A stretch of 63,731 nucleotides of DNA, the filler included, from Octopus bimaculoides (lineage: Eukaryota), in NCBI RefSeq assembly GCF_001194135.2. It is 4 parts of 4 records of this genome, joined end to end, with 100 filler letters (N's around TTAATTAATTAA, not from the genome) between each part and the next. Parts side by side here need not be neighbours in the genome. Positions count along the whole stretch, not along the records: positions 1 to 18,854 come from NC_068984.1; positions 18,955 to 38,888 come from NC_068992.1; 2 more parts are not named here. One strand, given 5' to 3'. This document shows positions 13,289 through 26,072 of this stretch, piece by piece; the stretch's first letter is position 1, and every line of letters starts with the position of its first letter. A program made the position numbers and the translations under genes. The notes beneath the pieces were generated by a model, which was not told the origin of the DNA, made no database searches, and worked only from the letters and a program-made list of their open reading frames with translations.

Positions 13289-14672
13289 TAACTCTCTTCT
13301 TACATGTACATACATATGTGTGTGTATGTGCATGTGTGCGAATACATGTATGTATACTTGTGTACCGTATTTACTCGAGTATGAGCACTAACTTTACTTT
13401 CATCCACTCAGGGTCAATAAAATTTAATATAAGATATAATAGAATGACCAATCTCACACAAATTTGTTAGGCTTTTGCCTGACAATTAAGACAATAATTA
13501 TCATCATATAAGGAAACGTATTATGATTAACCTTAGAAAATTGTAAGCACATGTCCATTTGCTGAGTGGACAGTGAGCCAGTTTTCACAATAATTACTTT
13601 GGAAATCAAATGTTTGCTTGCGCAATGACCATTACCTCACGCTACATCTTGAGTGAAATAGTTCTATATTTGAATCCTCTTTCTGTGAAACAATTCTTCT
13701 ACGATTTTTTTGTTGTCAGTGTTGTTTAGGTCCAAAATCGTCTCTCATCAAATAGACATATGATTAAAGGTATTAACGCGATTACTAACCCTTGATTATA
13801 TAGTTAATACCATTCCTGGTATATATTACTACTTATGTTGTATTTTGAAAATGTTAAGGTAAAATTTAGGATTGATTTAGCTGCTTTTTCGAGCAGGTAG
13901 AGGGGTTACAAAGCCGCCCCTCGTGATTAAAACCTTTACAGGCAATATTAAATTGGAGAAATAAATTCTTAAGGACAAGTTTAAAGTAGAAACATTATTT
14001 GATGTTCTTCCCTGTAACCTCCATTCTAATAATACAAGGAAAAAGGCTTTGGTGTTATCAGTAGAACCTATCGATGTATGTCTCATAAAAGTTTTCTTCT
14101 ATTTGTTTAAATATTACTTTTTTTTACTGCTTGTTATTACAGTAGTTTTCCCTGTAATTTTGTTCATACTTAGTGGCTGAAATATCAGATAACATTTCGT
14201 TTATTCTTTTACCAGTATGGTTTTAGTTAGCTCTTACACTATATAATCATATGTCTTGGCAGTTATTTACGTACTACAATCAAATGACCATTTACAGGCA
14301 CCCACACATATACCCTATATATATATATATATATATATATNNNNNNNNNNNNNNNNNNNNNNNNNNNNNNNNNNNNNNNNNNNNNNNNNNNNNNNNNNNN
14401 NNNNNNNNNNNNNNNNNNNNNNNNNNNNNNNNNNNNNNNNNNNNNNNNNNNNNNNNNNNNNNNNNNNNNNNNNNNNNNNNNNNNNNNNNNNNNNNNNNNN
14501 NNNNNNNNNNNNNNNNNNNNNNNNNNNNNNNNNNNNNNTGTGTGTTTATGTATGGTGATGTAAACAGGAAAATAGAACTCAAAATATAAGTATAAGTATA
14601 TTTTTATTGATAATTAGCAGAAGCAGCAGAGTGACTAAAAGGCCGTAAGTTTGGTGTATTGGCACTTTATAT

Positions 14673-14727
<55 letters not shown>

Positions 14728-16082
14728 CAGGCTGTGTTAGATATTTGAAGACAGATTTATGTTTATAAGAAAAAAACAGATATATAATAACAGATAATAA
14801 CTTTATATATAAAAAAATGCTAAGACGATAAAAATACACCTTCTTTTCTATGATTTTATTTTAAAAAGCCACCTTCAGCTTCAATAGCTACTTCTATATG
14901 AGATCTAAATCATCTACATGCACGAATCAAGTGGTCCTGATTCCTTTTGGACATTACTCTGACTATGGCATCTTTGAAAGAATCTTTGGTGTTATAGGCG
15001 TGTTCTTTGACCTCTCTCTCAACAACGCTTCACGTGTAATAAGTCCAATGGATTGAAATGTGGGGAATTAGGAGGCCAAATGTCAGGGGTTATGTGATCA
15101 TGAACATTTTCAGCCATCCATTCCTATGTTACTAGAGCCATGTGTGACAGTGCAGAGTCTAACGGAAACACATATGCCTTTCCATTGCATATAATATCTA
15201 TCCAGGGCTTAACAATTATTTCCAGAACCTCAATATATGTGACAGAGTTAACTTTAAGGCCTTGTGGGAAGAAGTAAGGAGGCATCACATGTTCTTCATT
15301 GCTAACAACCCCCTAATGCCATGACAATTGCAGGAAATGTTGTATGCATAACATTTGGAACTTCAGAAGGGTCTGCACACAACCATCTGTCATTTCTTCT
15401 GTTTACACTTTGATCTCTGTCGGAGTTTTTCTCGTTTGAGAAAAACCAAATCAAATTTTTTGTTGGATTTTTCAGTTTGTTTAAGAGCCTTTTAGATCTG
15501 ATATAGCGATTTTCTTTTGCTTTTTCTGATAAATTGACCATTCCACATTATATAAGATTTATATCTGATGTCTTCGTGGATAACATTTCTGACTGTTCCT
15601 TCTGACACATGGAGATCTTTTGCAATTGACCCCATGGGCCTTCTTGTAATCAATGAATGGTCTGTTGAACTTTCTGGACAAATTCAGGTATTCTGATGAT
15701 TTCAGAGCGTTTAGAATGCTTCTTATGCTTTGATACTGGTGATACGTTTCCATCTTCAGTCTCTAGCTCCTTACAAACTTTGTAGACGAAAGATCTGGCA
15801 ACTTTTAAAAATCAAGATATTTCTAAATTGCTATGATCAGCCTTTATAACCACAGTAACAGCATGCCTCTTCGTTTTTTGAGTAAGCTGAGGGTCTGTCA
15901 TTATTATTTTCTGAAACAAATATTATACAGAGTTAGCAAAAAATGCAGCAATGACCCCCAAAAGGTATGTATATTGATAAGTGCATCCGCCATTGAGTCT
16001 GACGAGCCGTCTATAAGCTCTAGCACTTTATGGATGCAAAACCATTGGTCAATCTATGACCCGACATATATCTAACTGCTTG
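14728..16082 (-). mobile_element. Near full-length Tc1/mariner element, DD37D (maT/Bmmar1-like) family, with pseudogenised transposase at 14856-15901
   Basis: Minus ORF remnant MTDPQLTQKTKRHAV...FFSNEK (D1>N)...VFPLDSALSH...WPPNSPHFNPLD...EAEGGFLK*. I count 37 residues between D2 and D3; there are internal stops and frameshifts. Left end is TA|caggctgtgttagatat (14726-), with a degenerate complementary end atatctaactgcttg at ~16068-16082. Confidence 0.9.
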
Positions 16083-16086
16083 GATA

Positions 16087-16127
<41 letters not shown>

Positions 16128-17188
16128 ATAATTTTTCCAGAGGATGTAGCAACCGATATATCGAATTTGAAGTCTCTGTCTCTTTTGAATATGAAANNNN
16201 NNNNNNNNNNNNNNNNNNNNNNNNNNNNNNNNNNNNNNTAAGTCTTCTTTTAACGCAAACAAACATAGAAATCCTTACGTCGCAAATTTTGTTACTTCGT
16301 TGATAGAGAAAAAAATCATGTAAATCAGAACAATAACTGGCATTTTCTGAAGCTAAATTCACGGTATTTTCTGTTATTTCAAATTGTTTTATTCATTTTT
16401 TCTCGTGCTTCAAACCTTATTCTAAGAATTATGAATAGCTTGAAAATATGAAGTTTATTATAACCGCCACTCTGCTTGACCTTTCAAGATATTAAAATCT
16501 TCAGAAAACCCCAATTATGTCAACATTTCTCAGCATAAAAGCCGCACTTTTTCTTTCCAAAAAAATGCCTTAAAATTCATCACCCCTGGGGACTATATGC
16601 GACGTTGGACCTATATTATCTGGTTTTATGCACTATGCCTTCTTGAATATGCAGTGTTATAATTAAGGTACGACTAATATACCAGTGCGTCTTTTATGCC
16701 AATATATATACAATTATTTTCAGTATGTATTTTGATAATAACCGTATTTTTTCTAACGGTTTTTAAAAGCAAAACTTTGAAAATAATCAAACTCCCATGT
16801 TTTATTACATAAATATACAACCAGAGTCCCTTTTAAGATCTCTATTCATCATACTTAGTAATCAATATTCCTGTTCTTTTTTTGTTTTTCATCATTTTCC
16901 TGACGATGAACAGAATATACATTAAGAGTAGAGGCCTTTTACCTCTTGCTAATGGCTAGTAATACATGTTTTATATTTTTACATTTGAACTGTCAATCTA
17001 CAGCATTCTGTATTTGACTGGTATATATTTCTCTCGATATCACGTGTATAGTGTTTGTTCCTTTGGAAATTAAAAGAAAAAAAAAACAAAAATGGACAAA
17101 AGTAACTAAAATATAGCATATATAAAAAATATATTTACACACATTATAAATGTATGAATGCATATACATACATTATATACATACATAC

Positions 17189-17235
<47 letters not shown>

Positions 17236-17252
17236 NNNNNNNNNNNNNNNNN

Positions 17253-17307
<55 letters not shown>

Positions 17308-18820
17308 TGAAAGAGAGGGAGAGAAAGAAAGAGATATGGATATAGATATGTAGATATGTACATATACATATATATTTATGTATGTGTGTTTGCGTGTATG
17401 TGGGTTCGTATGTATACATGTACACATTCATATACTGAACTCGTGAAAAGCATACCTTATTTTTAGATATTGTGCAACACTGAAAGAAATAGAAACTGTC
17501 ATTGTGTATTTATGGCTATGAAGCAATATCTATTTATGGTATAGACTGTGTTATATAAAGGTAAGATTATCTAGCCCCCACCCTACGGCTCCCCCATGGT
17601 TCAGTAAGTTTCACACACTATTGTGGCAATATGTGAAGTGATATCTCAAATCTGATATATACGTCTGGAAATCGATATCCCAAAATTACCAAGGAACAAA
17701 GTGGTATGTTTACGTTAGTCGAAGTCCTGCTGAGTGCTTGTTATGTTACGTAACTGATGAAGGATATATCTATACTCTGAGTAATAGTAAAATGAATGGC
17801 TTTTCGTTAATGATCGTGTGGAGTTCGATACCTAATAAGCGGGTACCCTGGAATGCTGCTGTAAGTAAATTGTTACGTAGAGTGCTTCTTACAAATGAGA
17901 TGTGAGGTCGATTTCAACAAAATTCCGTTTCTAAATCTTTCTTTGTCATTCTGTGAAAGAGATTCGGCGAACATAGTGTAATGATGTGAAGGCGATGACG
18001 ACGACAATGATGACGATGATGATGTTGAGGGCGATGATGATGACGAAGACAACTATGATGATGATGACGATGATGGTGATGACGATGATGATGATGATGA
18101 CGATAATGATGATATTGATGATAATAATGATAAGAATCAGTACTATTTAAACCTCGTACAGTCTCAAAGAACATGCCTGCCAAATATATGCGGAGTATTC
18201 TGTTACATATCAAGATAAAAGAAGTCATGTTTTCTTTATCAATTAGTACCATTTTAGATATTTCACACTCTTGTTTTCTTCTTCACGCTTGATCCAACTC
18301 GCACTTCTCCTCACTTGTACTGTTTGCTGTTGCTGCTGCAGCTATTGATATTGTTGCTGTTGTTGTTGTTGTTGTTCTTGTTCTTCTTCTTCTTCCCTTT
18401 TTCTTCCCCCTCCTTCACCTACATACTACGCTCGCCGTGTTTCTCTTCATTTTGCACCATTTTCTATTATAGTATATGATCCGATAAACATCTTACAGCA
18501 ATACACACACACAGACACGCACCAGGCACACACATATACACAAACATACTCGCACACACACTCTCACACAGAGACATGTATATTAACTACAACATGACAG
18601 AAAACAGTGAAAACTATTTATGATTCAGCAGTGAGTTCATGGTGAGCTCAATTTGGGATTCGGTTTTGATTCCAGTATGAAAACGTTTCACTTCACTTGC
18701 GATGTCACTAATGTTTCTTCAGGACGTCTTAAGCATGAGTAATCTCATTTCCTCTCAACTTAATCATTAAGGTGCCATTCATGCATAACGGCAGAATGAA
18801 ATATGAAACCGCCCGTTTCG

Positions 18821-18854
<34 letters not shown>

Positions 18855-18898
18855 NNNNNNNNNNNNNNNNNNNNNNNNNNNNNNNNNNNNNNNNNNNN

Positions 18899-18910
18899 TT
18901 AATTAATTAA
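18899..18910. other. Artificial gap spacer TTAATTAATTAA (also 38933-38944 and 62581-62592)
   Basis: Each copy is centred in 44 N + 12 nt + 44 N = 100 bp. The palindrome places TAA stops in all six frames. Confidence 0.95.
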
Positions 18911-18959
18911 NNNNNNNNNNNNNNNNNNNNNNNNNNNNNNNNNNNNNNNNNNNNATATA

Positions 18960-19320
18960 TAGGCACAGGAGTTGCTGTGTGATAAGAAGCTGGCTTCTCA
19001 ACCACATGGTTTCGGGTTCAGTCCCACTACGTGGCACCTTGGGCAGGTGTCTTCTACTATAGCCTCCGGCCGACCAAACCTTTGTTTGTGGATTTGTTAG
19101 GCGGAAACTATTATGCGTGTGTGTTTGTCCCCCCACCATCGTTTGACAACCGATGATGGCGTGTTTATGTCCCCGTAATTTTGTGGTTCTGCAAAACAAC
19201 TGAAAATATAAGTACCAGGCTTAAAGGAAAAAGAATTGGGGTGGATTTGTTCCACTAAAACCCATTAGGGTTTGTCCCAGCATATTTGCAGTTCAATGAC
19301 TGAGTCAACGATAAAAAATG
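18960..19320 (+). mobile_element. SINE family 1 (CORE-like), near full length
   Basis: ggcacaggagttgctgtgtgataag...gggttcagtcccactacgtggcaccttgggcagg...; homologous to 6981-7379. Confidence 0.88.
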
Positions 19321-19699
19321 TGGTTGGGGAGACAGACAGACAAACAGGTACATAGATAGATAGATCGATAGGTAGGTAGGTAGGTAGACACGAATAATAA
19401 AAAAAATTATTTGTTCTGCATTTTATATTTCTATTTGAAGGAAGTGTATATTCTGATAACATGCATTAATCATATCAGTGTATATAGCAATATTGTACGT
19501 GCATTCGACATGTGTATCAATACACTTTTATCGTATAGCAATATATTACAACACTATACTTTTATCATATAAGGATTATATATATATCAGAGTATTCTAC
19601 ATACACACTTGCAACGCGAGTGTGCCATTCGATCGTGGTGATTTAGGCGATGCTTTCGCCTGGATATTGTAGAGGAACGATATTGAATAGAATGTGAAG

Positions 19700-20525
19700 T
19701 TTGGCGGAAGAGGAGTGGGGAGGGGAGGGGAGGGGAGGATGATGAGGAGGGGTGAGGAGAAAGGGTAAGGAAGAAGGATGGGAGAGGAGGAGGATGAGGG
19801 GAGGAGGAAGAGAAGAAGGGAAGGAAGAGAAGAAGGGAAGGANNNNNNNNNNNNNNNNNNNNNNNNNNNNNNNNNNNNNNNNNNNNNNNNNNNNNNNNNN
19901 NNNNNNNNNNNNNNNNNNNNNNNNNNNNNNNNNNNNNNNNNNNNNNNNNNNNNNNNNNNNNNNNNNNNNNNNNNNNNNNNNNNNNNNNNNNNNNNNNNNN
20001 NNNNNNNNNNNNNNNNNNNNNNNNNNNNNNNNNNNNNNNNNNNNNNNNNNNNNNNNNNNNNNNNNNNNNNNNNNNNNNNNNNNNNNNNNNNNNNNNNNNN
20101 NNNNNNNNNNNNNNNNNNNNNNNNNNNNNNNNNNNNNNNNNNNNNNNNNNNNNNNNNNNNNNNNNNNNNNNNNNNNNGAGGAGGAGGGGAGGAGGAGGAG
20201 GAGAAGAAGAAGAAGAAGAAGAAGGAGGAGGAGGAGGAGAAGAAGAAGAAGGAGGAGGAGGTGTAGGAGGAGGAGGAGAAGGAAGAGGTGTAGGTGGAGT
20301 AGGAGGAGGAAAAGAAGAACGAGGACAAGGAAGAGGATGGAAAGAGTAGGTGTAGACCGAAGCGGAGGGGAAGGAAAAAGAGAAGAAGAAGAAGAAGAAG
20401 AAGAAGAAGAAGAAGAAGAAGAAGAAGAAGAAGAAGAAAGAGAAGGAAAAGAAGAAGAAGAAAGAGAAGGAAAAGAAGAAGAAGAAGAAAAATAAGAAGA
20501 AGAAGAAGAAGAAGAAGAAGGAGTA
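19700..20525. repeat. Polypurine (GGA/GAA)n tract with an internal gap
   Basis: Directly visible; nearly pure purine on the + strand. Confidence 0.95.
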
Positions 20526-20559
20526 AATATGACAAGGATAGCATTTTTACTGCTGCCTT

Positions 20560-20592
<33 letters not shown>

Positions 20593-20980
20593 GTAAATGT
20601 GAGAAGGTGTTTTGTTTTTCGTGGTGGTGAGTTTTAATCGGTGATCATGATGGCAACATAGGTGGCCTGTACACATAGATTGTGAAGGCGAAAGGGGAGA
20701 ATGGAATCGAAATCCTTATTGATGCTGAGTTTAGATAGAATGGTATGTGAGGATGCTATGTGAGAGGCGACTTTTGCTGTGGAACCATTGTGTATTTCCT
20801 TTGTTAGGTTTGGTCGCGACGTGATGCTTGATGGTTGAATATAATGATCTGAAACTTCAAGAGAAGTCGTTACTCGTTACATTTGAAGTCTTCTTTGAGC
20901 AGTCAGGTATCAATTTACCTGGAAGGAAAAAATGCGGTTATTAATAAGAAGGGTTGAAATTAATGCATGCAAGATTTCAC

Positions 20981-21184
20981 TCTTTTACTTGCTTCATTCA
21001 TTTGACTGCGGCCAAGCTGGAGCACCGCCTTTAGTCGAGCAAATCGACCCAGGGACTTATTCTTTGTAAGCCTAGTACTTATTCTATCGGTCCCTTTTGC
21101 CAAACTGCTAAGTTACGGGGACATAAACACACCAGCATCGGTTGTCAAGCAATGTTAGGGGGACAAACACAGACGCACAAACAT

Positions 21185-21222
<38 letters not shown>

Positions 21223-21406
21223 CTATATATATACATATATACGACGGGCTTCTTTCAGTTTCCGTCTACCAAATCTAATCACAAGGCTTTGGTTGGCCCG
21301 AGGCTACAGTAGAAGACGCTTGCTGAAGATGCCACACAGTGGGACTGAACCTGGAACCATGTGGTTGGTAAGCAACCTACTTACCACACAGCCACTCCTG
21401 CGCCTA
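20981..21406 (-). mobile_element. SINE family 1 (CORE-like), full length
   Basis: Head taggcgcaggagtggctgtgtggtaagt on the minus strand at 21406, with body and tail matching the other copies. Confidence 0.9.
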
Positions 21407-21439
21407 TAACGTCGAATTTTTCAACATCTCTTCAACACA

Positions 21440-21970
21440 CACCATTCCGCTCTTACCACCTCAATTTAAAAACAAACACCCTGACTCCTACTCCTCCCTC
21501 AACTTCTCCTCTTCCCATCCTACCCACACCTAGGTCTCCATCCCCTACTCTCAATTCCTCCATCTACGTAAGCTCTGCAGTGACGACCATGACTTTGAGA
21601 CTCAGTCTCAACTCATGGCACGCCACTTGATCCTACATGGATATCTCCTCACCATTATTCACACTGTTCTTGCCCAGGCATGGTCCATTCTTTCTCCTCG
21701 CACCTGCCCCACCCTTACCTGTCTCCCATTTCCCTTCACCGTCCACCCCTCCAACGCATCATTCTCTGAGCCTTCTGGTGACTCCAGTCCAATCCCTGCA
21801 CCTCGTACATCTTCCCTAACCTACAAATTCCCTCCTTCAAACGAGCCCATAACCTGCGTAACTTCCTGGTCCACAATTTCATCACTACTCCTGCCTCCCA
21901 GCCTGGCTTTCGCCCATGCTGTTGCACCTGCCCCTACCTCACGGGCATTCATAGTCATCTTATGAACTGT
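21440..21970 (+). mobile_element. Penelope-like element ORF fragment (RT thumb to linker region)
   Basis: FKNKHPDSYSSLNFSSSHPTHT*VSIPYSQFLHLRKLCSDDHDFETQSQLMARHLILHGY matches the PLE KPTD..YL.F.SSHP...SIPYSQFLRLRRLCS motif. Confidence 0.8.
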
Positions 21971-22361
21971 CCCGCCCACCCACTATTTTGCATTGAAGTC
22001 TACATCAAGGTTGAGTCTACCATTTTGAGTGTTAGTAATACGTTCACATGATCTAACAGCACAGTATAACATTAAAATATAGCATTGTTAATATACTAGT
22101 AAATTATTAAACGAACTAGCTGTCAAGAAAGTGTCATATATGCAAATCAGTGGATCCTATTTATTTAAGTAATAATTGTGTGCTGGTGAAATCTTAGCAC
22201 AGGATTGAAACTGCCCCGGGTGTACCCTAGTTTGCCGACAACGACAATGTATATAAAGATAAATTGTTTACATCTGTCTACTGCATTAATATTTGCTAAA
22301 ATCAAAGATATATTTTATAGAACAATTAAAAACCTTTTATATAATTTCAATATGATTATGA

Positions 22362-22396
<35 letters not shown>

Positions 22397-22778
22397 NNNN
22401 NNNNNNNNNNNNNNNNNNNNNNNNNNNNNNNNNNNNNNNNNNNNNNNNNNNNNNNNNNNNNNNNNNNNNNNNNNNNNNNNNNNNNNNNNNNNNNNNNNNN
22501 NNNNNNNNNNNNNNNNNNNNNNNNNNNNNNNNNNNNNNNNNNNNNNNNNNNNNNNNNNNNNNNNNNNNNNNNNNNNNNNNNNNNNNNNNNNNNNNNNNNN
22601 NNNNNNNNNNNNNNNNNNNNNNNNNNNNNNNNNNNNNNNNNNNNNNNNNNNNNNNNNNNNNNNNNNNNNNNNNNNNNNNNNNNNNNNNNNNNNNNNNNNN
22701 NNNNNNNNNNNNNNNNNNNNNNNNNNNNNNNNNNNNNNNNNNNNNNNNNNNNNNNNNNNNNNNNNNNNNNNNNNNNNN

Positions 22779-22809
<31 letters not shown>

Positions 22810-23400
22810 TGTATGTATGTATATATATATCAACTTCACTTTACATTCATTTCCGCCGGTTTTCGTTAATGATAGCCATGTATTTTCATAAATATGTATA
22901 GTCATCTCGAAGAAATATACAGAAAAAATAGAAATAGCGAATTGAAATGATCCTCATTCCCAATTTGTAGTGAACAAATAAATCAGTATAAATGTTTGAT
23001 CCCGTCTTTAGAATGTGCTCCAGTTTAAACGCCATCTTTCAGCCGTATAAAATGCGCATGAAAAAAAATAAGAACTAACAGCAGGTGAAAGAAAAACCGT
23101 TTTACTAAAGCCGGTTCTGGCACATGAAAGAGGCGATATGACGTCATTGAGCTATCGTAGAGTGTCATCGGATCTGGATTCGAATTGTTAAGTAAATGTT
23201 GACAAACGCAACATGAAGCTAAAGAACTCATTTCACAGAAGGAAATTGATTCTCCGATCAAATAAAGAGATTGATGAGAGATGAAAACTCTTCCATTTAA
23301 CAACCAATAGCCATATAAACGTGAATGGAACTTCAAACTCTCATTGGTATATTTATCTATATATATGCATAGATACACACATACATACATACATACATAC

Positions 23401-23431
<31 letters not shown>

Positions 23432-24471
23432 TGTATATACACACACATATACATATATATATATACATATACAAACATATACATATATATATACACATGT
23501 ACATATATATGTATATATATACATACATGTATATATATATGTATATATATACATACATGTATATATATATGTATATATATACATACATGTATATATATAT
23601 GTATATATATATGTATATATATACATATATATATGTACATATATATATATTTTATACATATATATAGATACATATATACATATATATATATATGTATATA
23701 CAAATATATATACATATATATATGCATATACAAATATATATACACGTATATATAAATGTATGTATGTATATATGTATATACATATATACATACACTGTAT
23801 GTGCACATATATTTTACTATATATGTATGTATATAGGAAAATGCTAAATAAAACATTGAAGAATGATATATACACGCACTCAAATACATACCGGCGCACT
23901 TACACACGCACACGTCGCACATTCACGCATGCTTGTATAATTTTAAGGGCATTATATATGCATGTGTTTGTGCGCGTGTATGTGTATACATGTATGTAGG
24001 AATATGTGTAGAGAGAGATGTCTTGGTGTGCGTGCTTGTCTATATACATATATACGCATATATACATACATATATATCTACGTATATATNNNNNNNNNNT
24101 ATATACATGTGTATGTGATTGTCTTTGTGTGTGAGTTTGTATGTGTGTTTGTAGAGAGACAGATAGACTCGAGTGTAGACATGCATGTTAGCGAGCGTAT
24201 ATATCGTTTGTGAATCGACAGGAATCGACAGGAACCGTAATATGTCAAAATATCTCACTCCAGCATTTATATTTATTGCTGTTACTGCTCTTCACGCTGG
24301 GTTCAGCCTCTAATAGTAATATTCCAGCCTTGACCATCGCTTCAGTCACTAATCAATCACCACATGACCCAATGTGTCTTTACTCCTCTTAAAATGATAA
24401 CGTGCAATCTAGGTTTGAATGCGATCTGTTTCTAACTGGTCGATCAATGACGTTTTGGCATGAATATGTAC

Positions 24472-24531
24472 CAGCAATATACAGCAGTAGACTCTTCTGA
24501 CGATGCACCATTTTCCATACAACCTGGTCTT
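24472..24531 (-). CDS. Weak candidate exon (60 nt, all three frames open, e.g. EDQVVWKMVHRQKSLLLYIA)
   Basis: ttcttttattaaatag|AAGACC...ATTGCTG|gtacat. Donor is weak and no homolog was recognised. Confidence 0.18.
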
Positions 24532-24747
24532 CTATTTAATAAAAGAAGGTTTGTATTTGTCTATCTCACTTCATTTTTGTAGAGCCAGACATATGTTCGA
24601 ATGGGTTAAGATCTCGCCCTTGTATATGTTTTCAAGTGGTAAAAGCTTCACACATAACATAACATATGCAATATAACAATATAACAATGTCATATTGTTT
24701 CTCTTCCCCTTAAGATACATAATTATTCTAAAATACAACAAGGCTGT

Positions 24748-24948
24748 GAACTGGCAGAATTATTTCCATGCTAGGCAAAATGCTTAGCTGTATTTCGTTC
24801 GTCTTTACATTCTGAGTTCAAATTCTACCGTGGTCCACTTTGCCGAAACGTTGTGTTAACAACAAACAAGATGAGGACAAATATCCGTCTATTGTAAACA
24901 ATGTAAATAATCTACATAATTCCTCATCTCTTAAATATAGAACTGCAT
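24748..24948 (+). mobile_element. Chimera: SINE family 2 5' part joined to the 3' half of the hammerhead-bearing repeat seen at 27247-27342
   Basis: ...ttcaaattctaccgtggtccacttt GCC gaaacgttgtgttaacaacaaacaagatgaggacaaatatccgtc...; the right part is nearly identical to 27247 onward. Confidence 0.8.
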
Positions 24949-25254
24949 TATTGTCTTTCTGTATGAAACGATCGCATAGCAACATGAATAAAAATAATTT
25001 CAAACCATATTAACATCTAATCACCTCCATTTATGAAAAATATAATTGAATTTGTTGAACTTTGTTTTATAAGTTATATCATATGCGCGATATACTTATA
25101 TAAATTTTCATATCTACGCTAATTTACACCGGTAAATTAAAGTAAACTATAAAGAAACAACATTAGGAATATTTTGGAAATTACTCCATATATATATATA
25201 TATGCGCACACATTTATTTCTCTCACCGCTATTTTTCTCGTTCGCTCTCCATTT

Positions 25255-25397
25255 GTTTCCTCTGAGCCCCTTCTGTCGAAGAGGCGTAGGCTCGAAACGT
25301 CAATGACTTTTCCATACTTCCCTAGCGTCAAACCAATACATCTACTTCTTGTTCCCGTTCCCTCACCTGTCTTCATCTTTTGTTTTCCAAAAATTTG

Positions 25398-25398
<1 letters not shown>
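25255..25398 (+). mobile_element. CUGUYGA-family hammerhead-like repeat, copy 2
   Basis: cctt CTGTCGA A GAGGC gtag GCTC GAAA CG T C aatg, followed by the family body (...aatacatct...cctgtcttcatcttttgtttt). Confidence 0.7.
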
Positions 25399-25438
<40 letters not shown>

Positions 25439-25448
25439 TATATATATA

Positions 25449-25502
<54 letters not shown>

Positions 25503-25774
25503 AGACCAAACGTTTCTGGCATAGATATAGAATTTCTAGCACGAGCACCTGAAGGTTTTTCAGTAACAAAATTTTCAAGTCCAGGTCCTTGGCTTCAAGT
25601 TACACTGCGGAGGCCTCGGATCATATACATACATCATATACATACGCACGCACGCATGCGTGCACATACACACATATGTACATATGTAAGTATGTGTGAG
25701 TATCTGTGTATTGTTATATATGTATGTATGTACGTATGTGTGTATGTACGCATGCTTCTAAATGCAGTAGTTTG

Positions 25775-25930
25775 AGGGGGGTGGAATTTAGAAGATGCCA
25801 GTCAACACATAACTTGAGTAGTACTTCTGTAGATCAGCCCTGTAAAGATGAAAGGAAAGCAAAGTTGACCTCTGTGGCATTTGAACTCGCAGCGTAAACA
25901 ACGGGAAGAAATACCGCAAGGCATTTTGGT
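25775..25930 (-). mobile_element. SINE family 2, degenerate
   Basis: + strand reads gatgaaaggaaagcaaagttgacctctgtggcatttgaactc, the reverse complement of the family core. Confidence 0.7.
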
Positions 25931-26030
25931 CACTGTTGCAACGATTCTCTGCAATCAATTACTGTATGCCCGTGTTAGTGTGTGTGTACGTATATGTGTG
26001 TGTCTATGTACGTAAGTACGTACGTGTGCA

Positions 26031-26072
<42 letters not shown>

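Noticed and set aside
20808-20906. + strand segment with a good acceptor and donor and the peptide MVEYNDLKLQEKSLLVTFEVFFEQS
   Set aside because: All three frames stop early in the segment, no partner + strand exons were found, and it overlaps a probable PLE-derived region.
23025-23340. About 105 open codons of unique sequence on the minus strand
   Set aside because: The Met lies in upstream microsatellite, there is no clear splice framing and no recognisable domain; it could be a DNA-transposon end.
24210-24392. Short + strand ORF with a signal-peptide-like stretch (LYLLLLLLFTLGSAS)
   Set aside because: Only 60 aa, no convincing donor, and an overlapping frame gives an equally hydrophobic peptide, pointing to T-rich composition.
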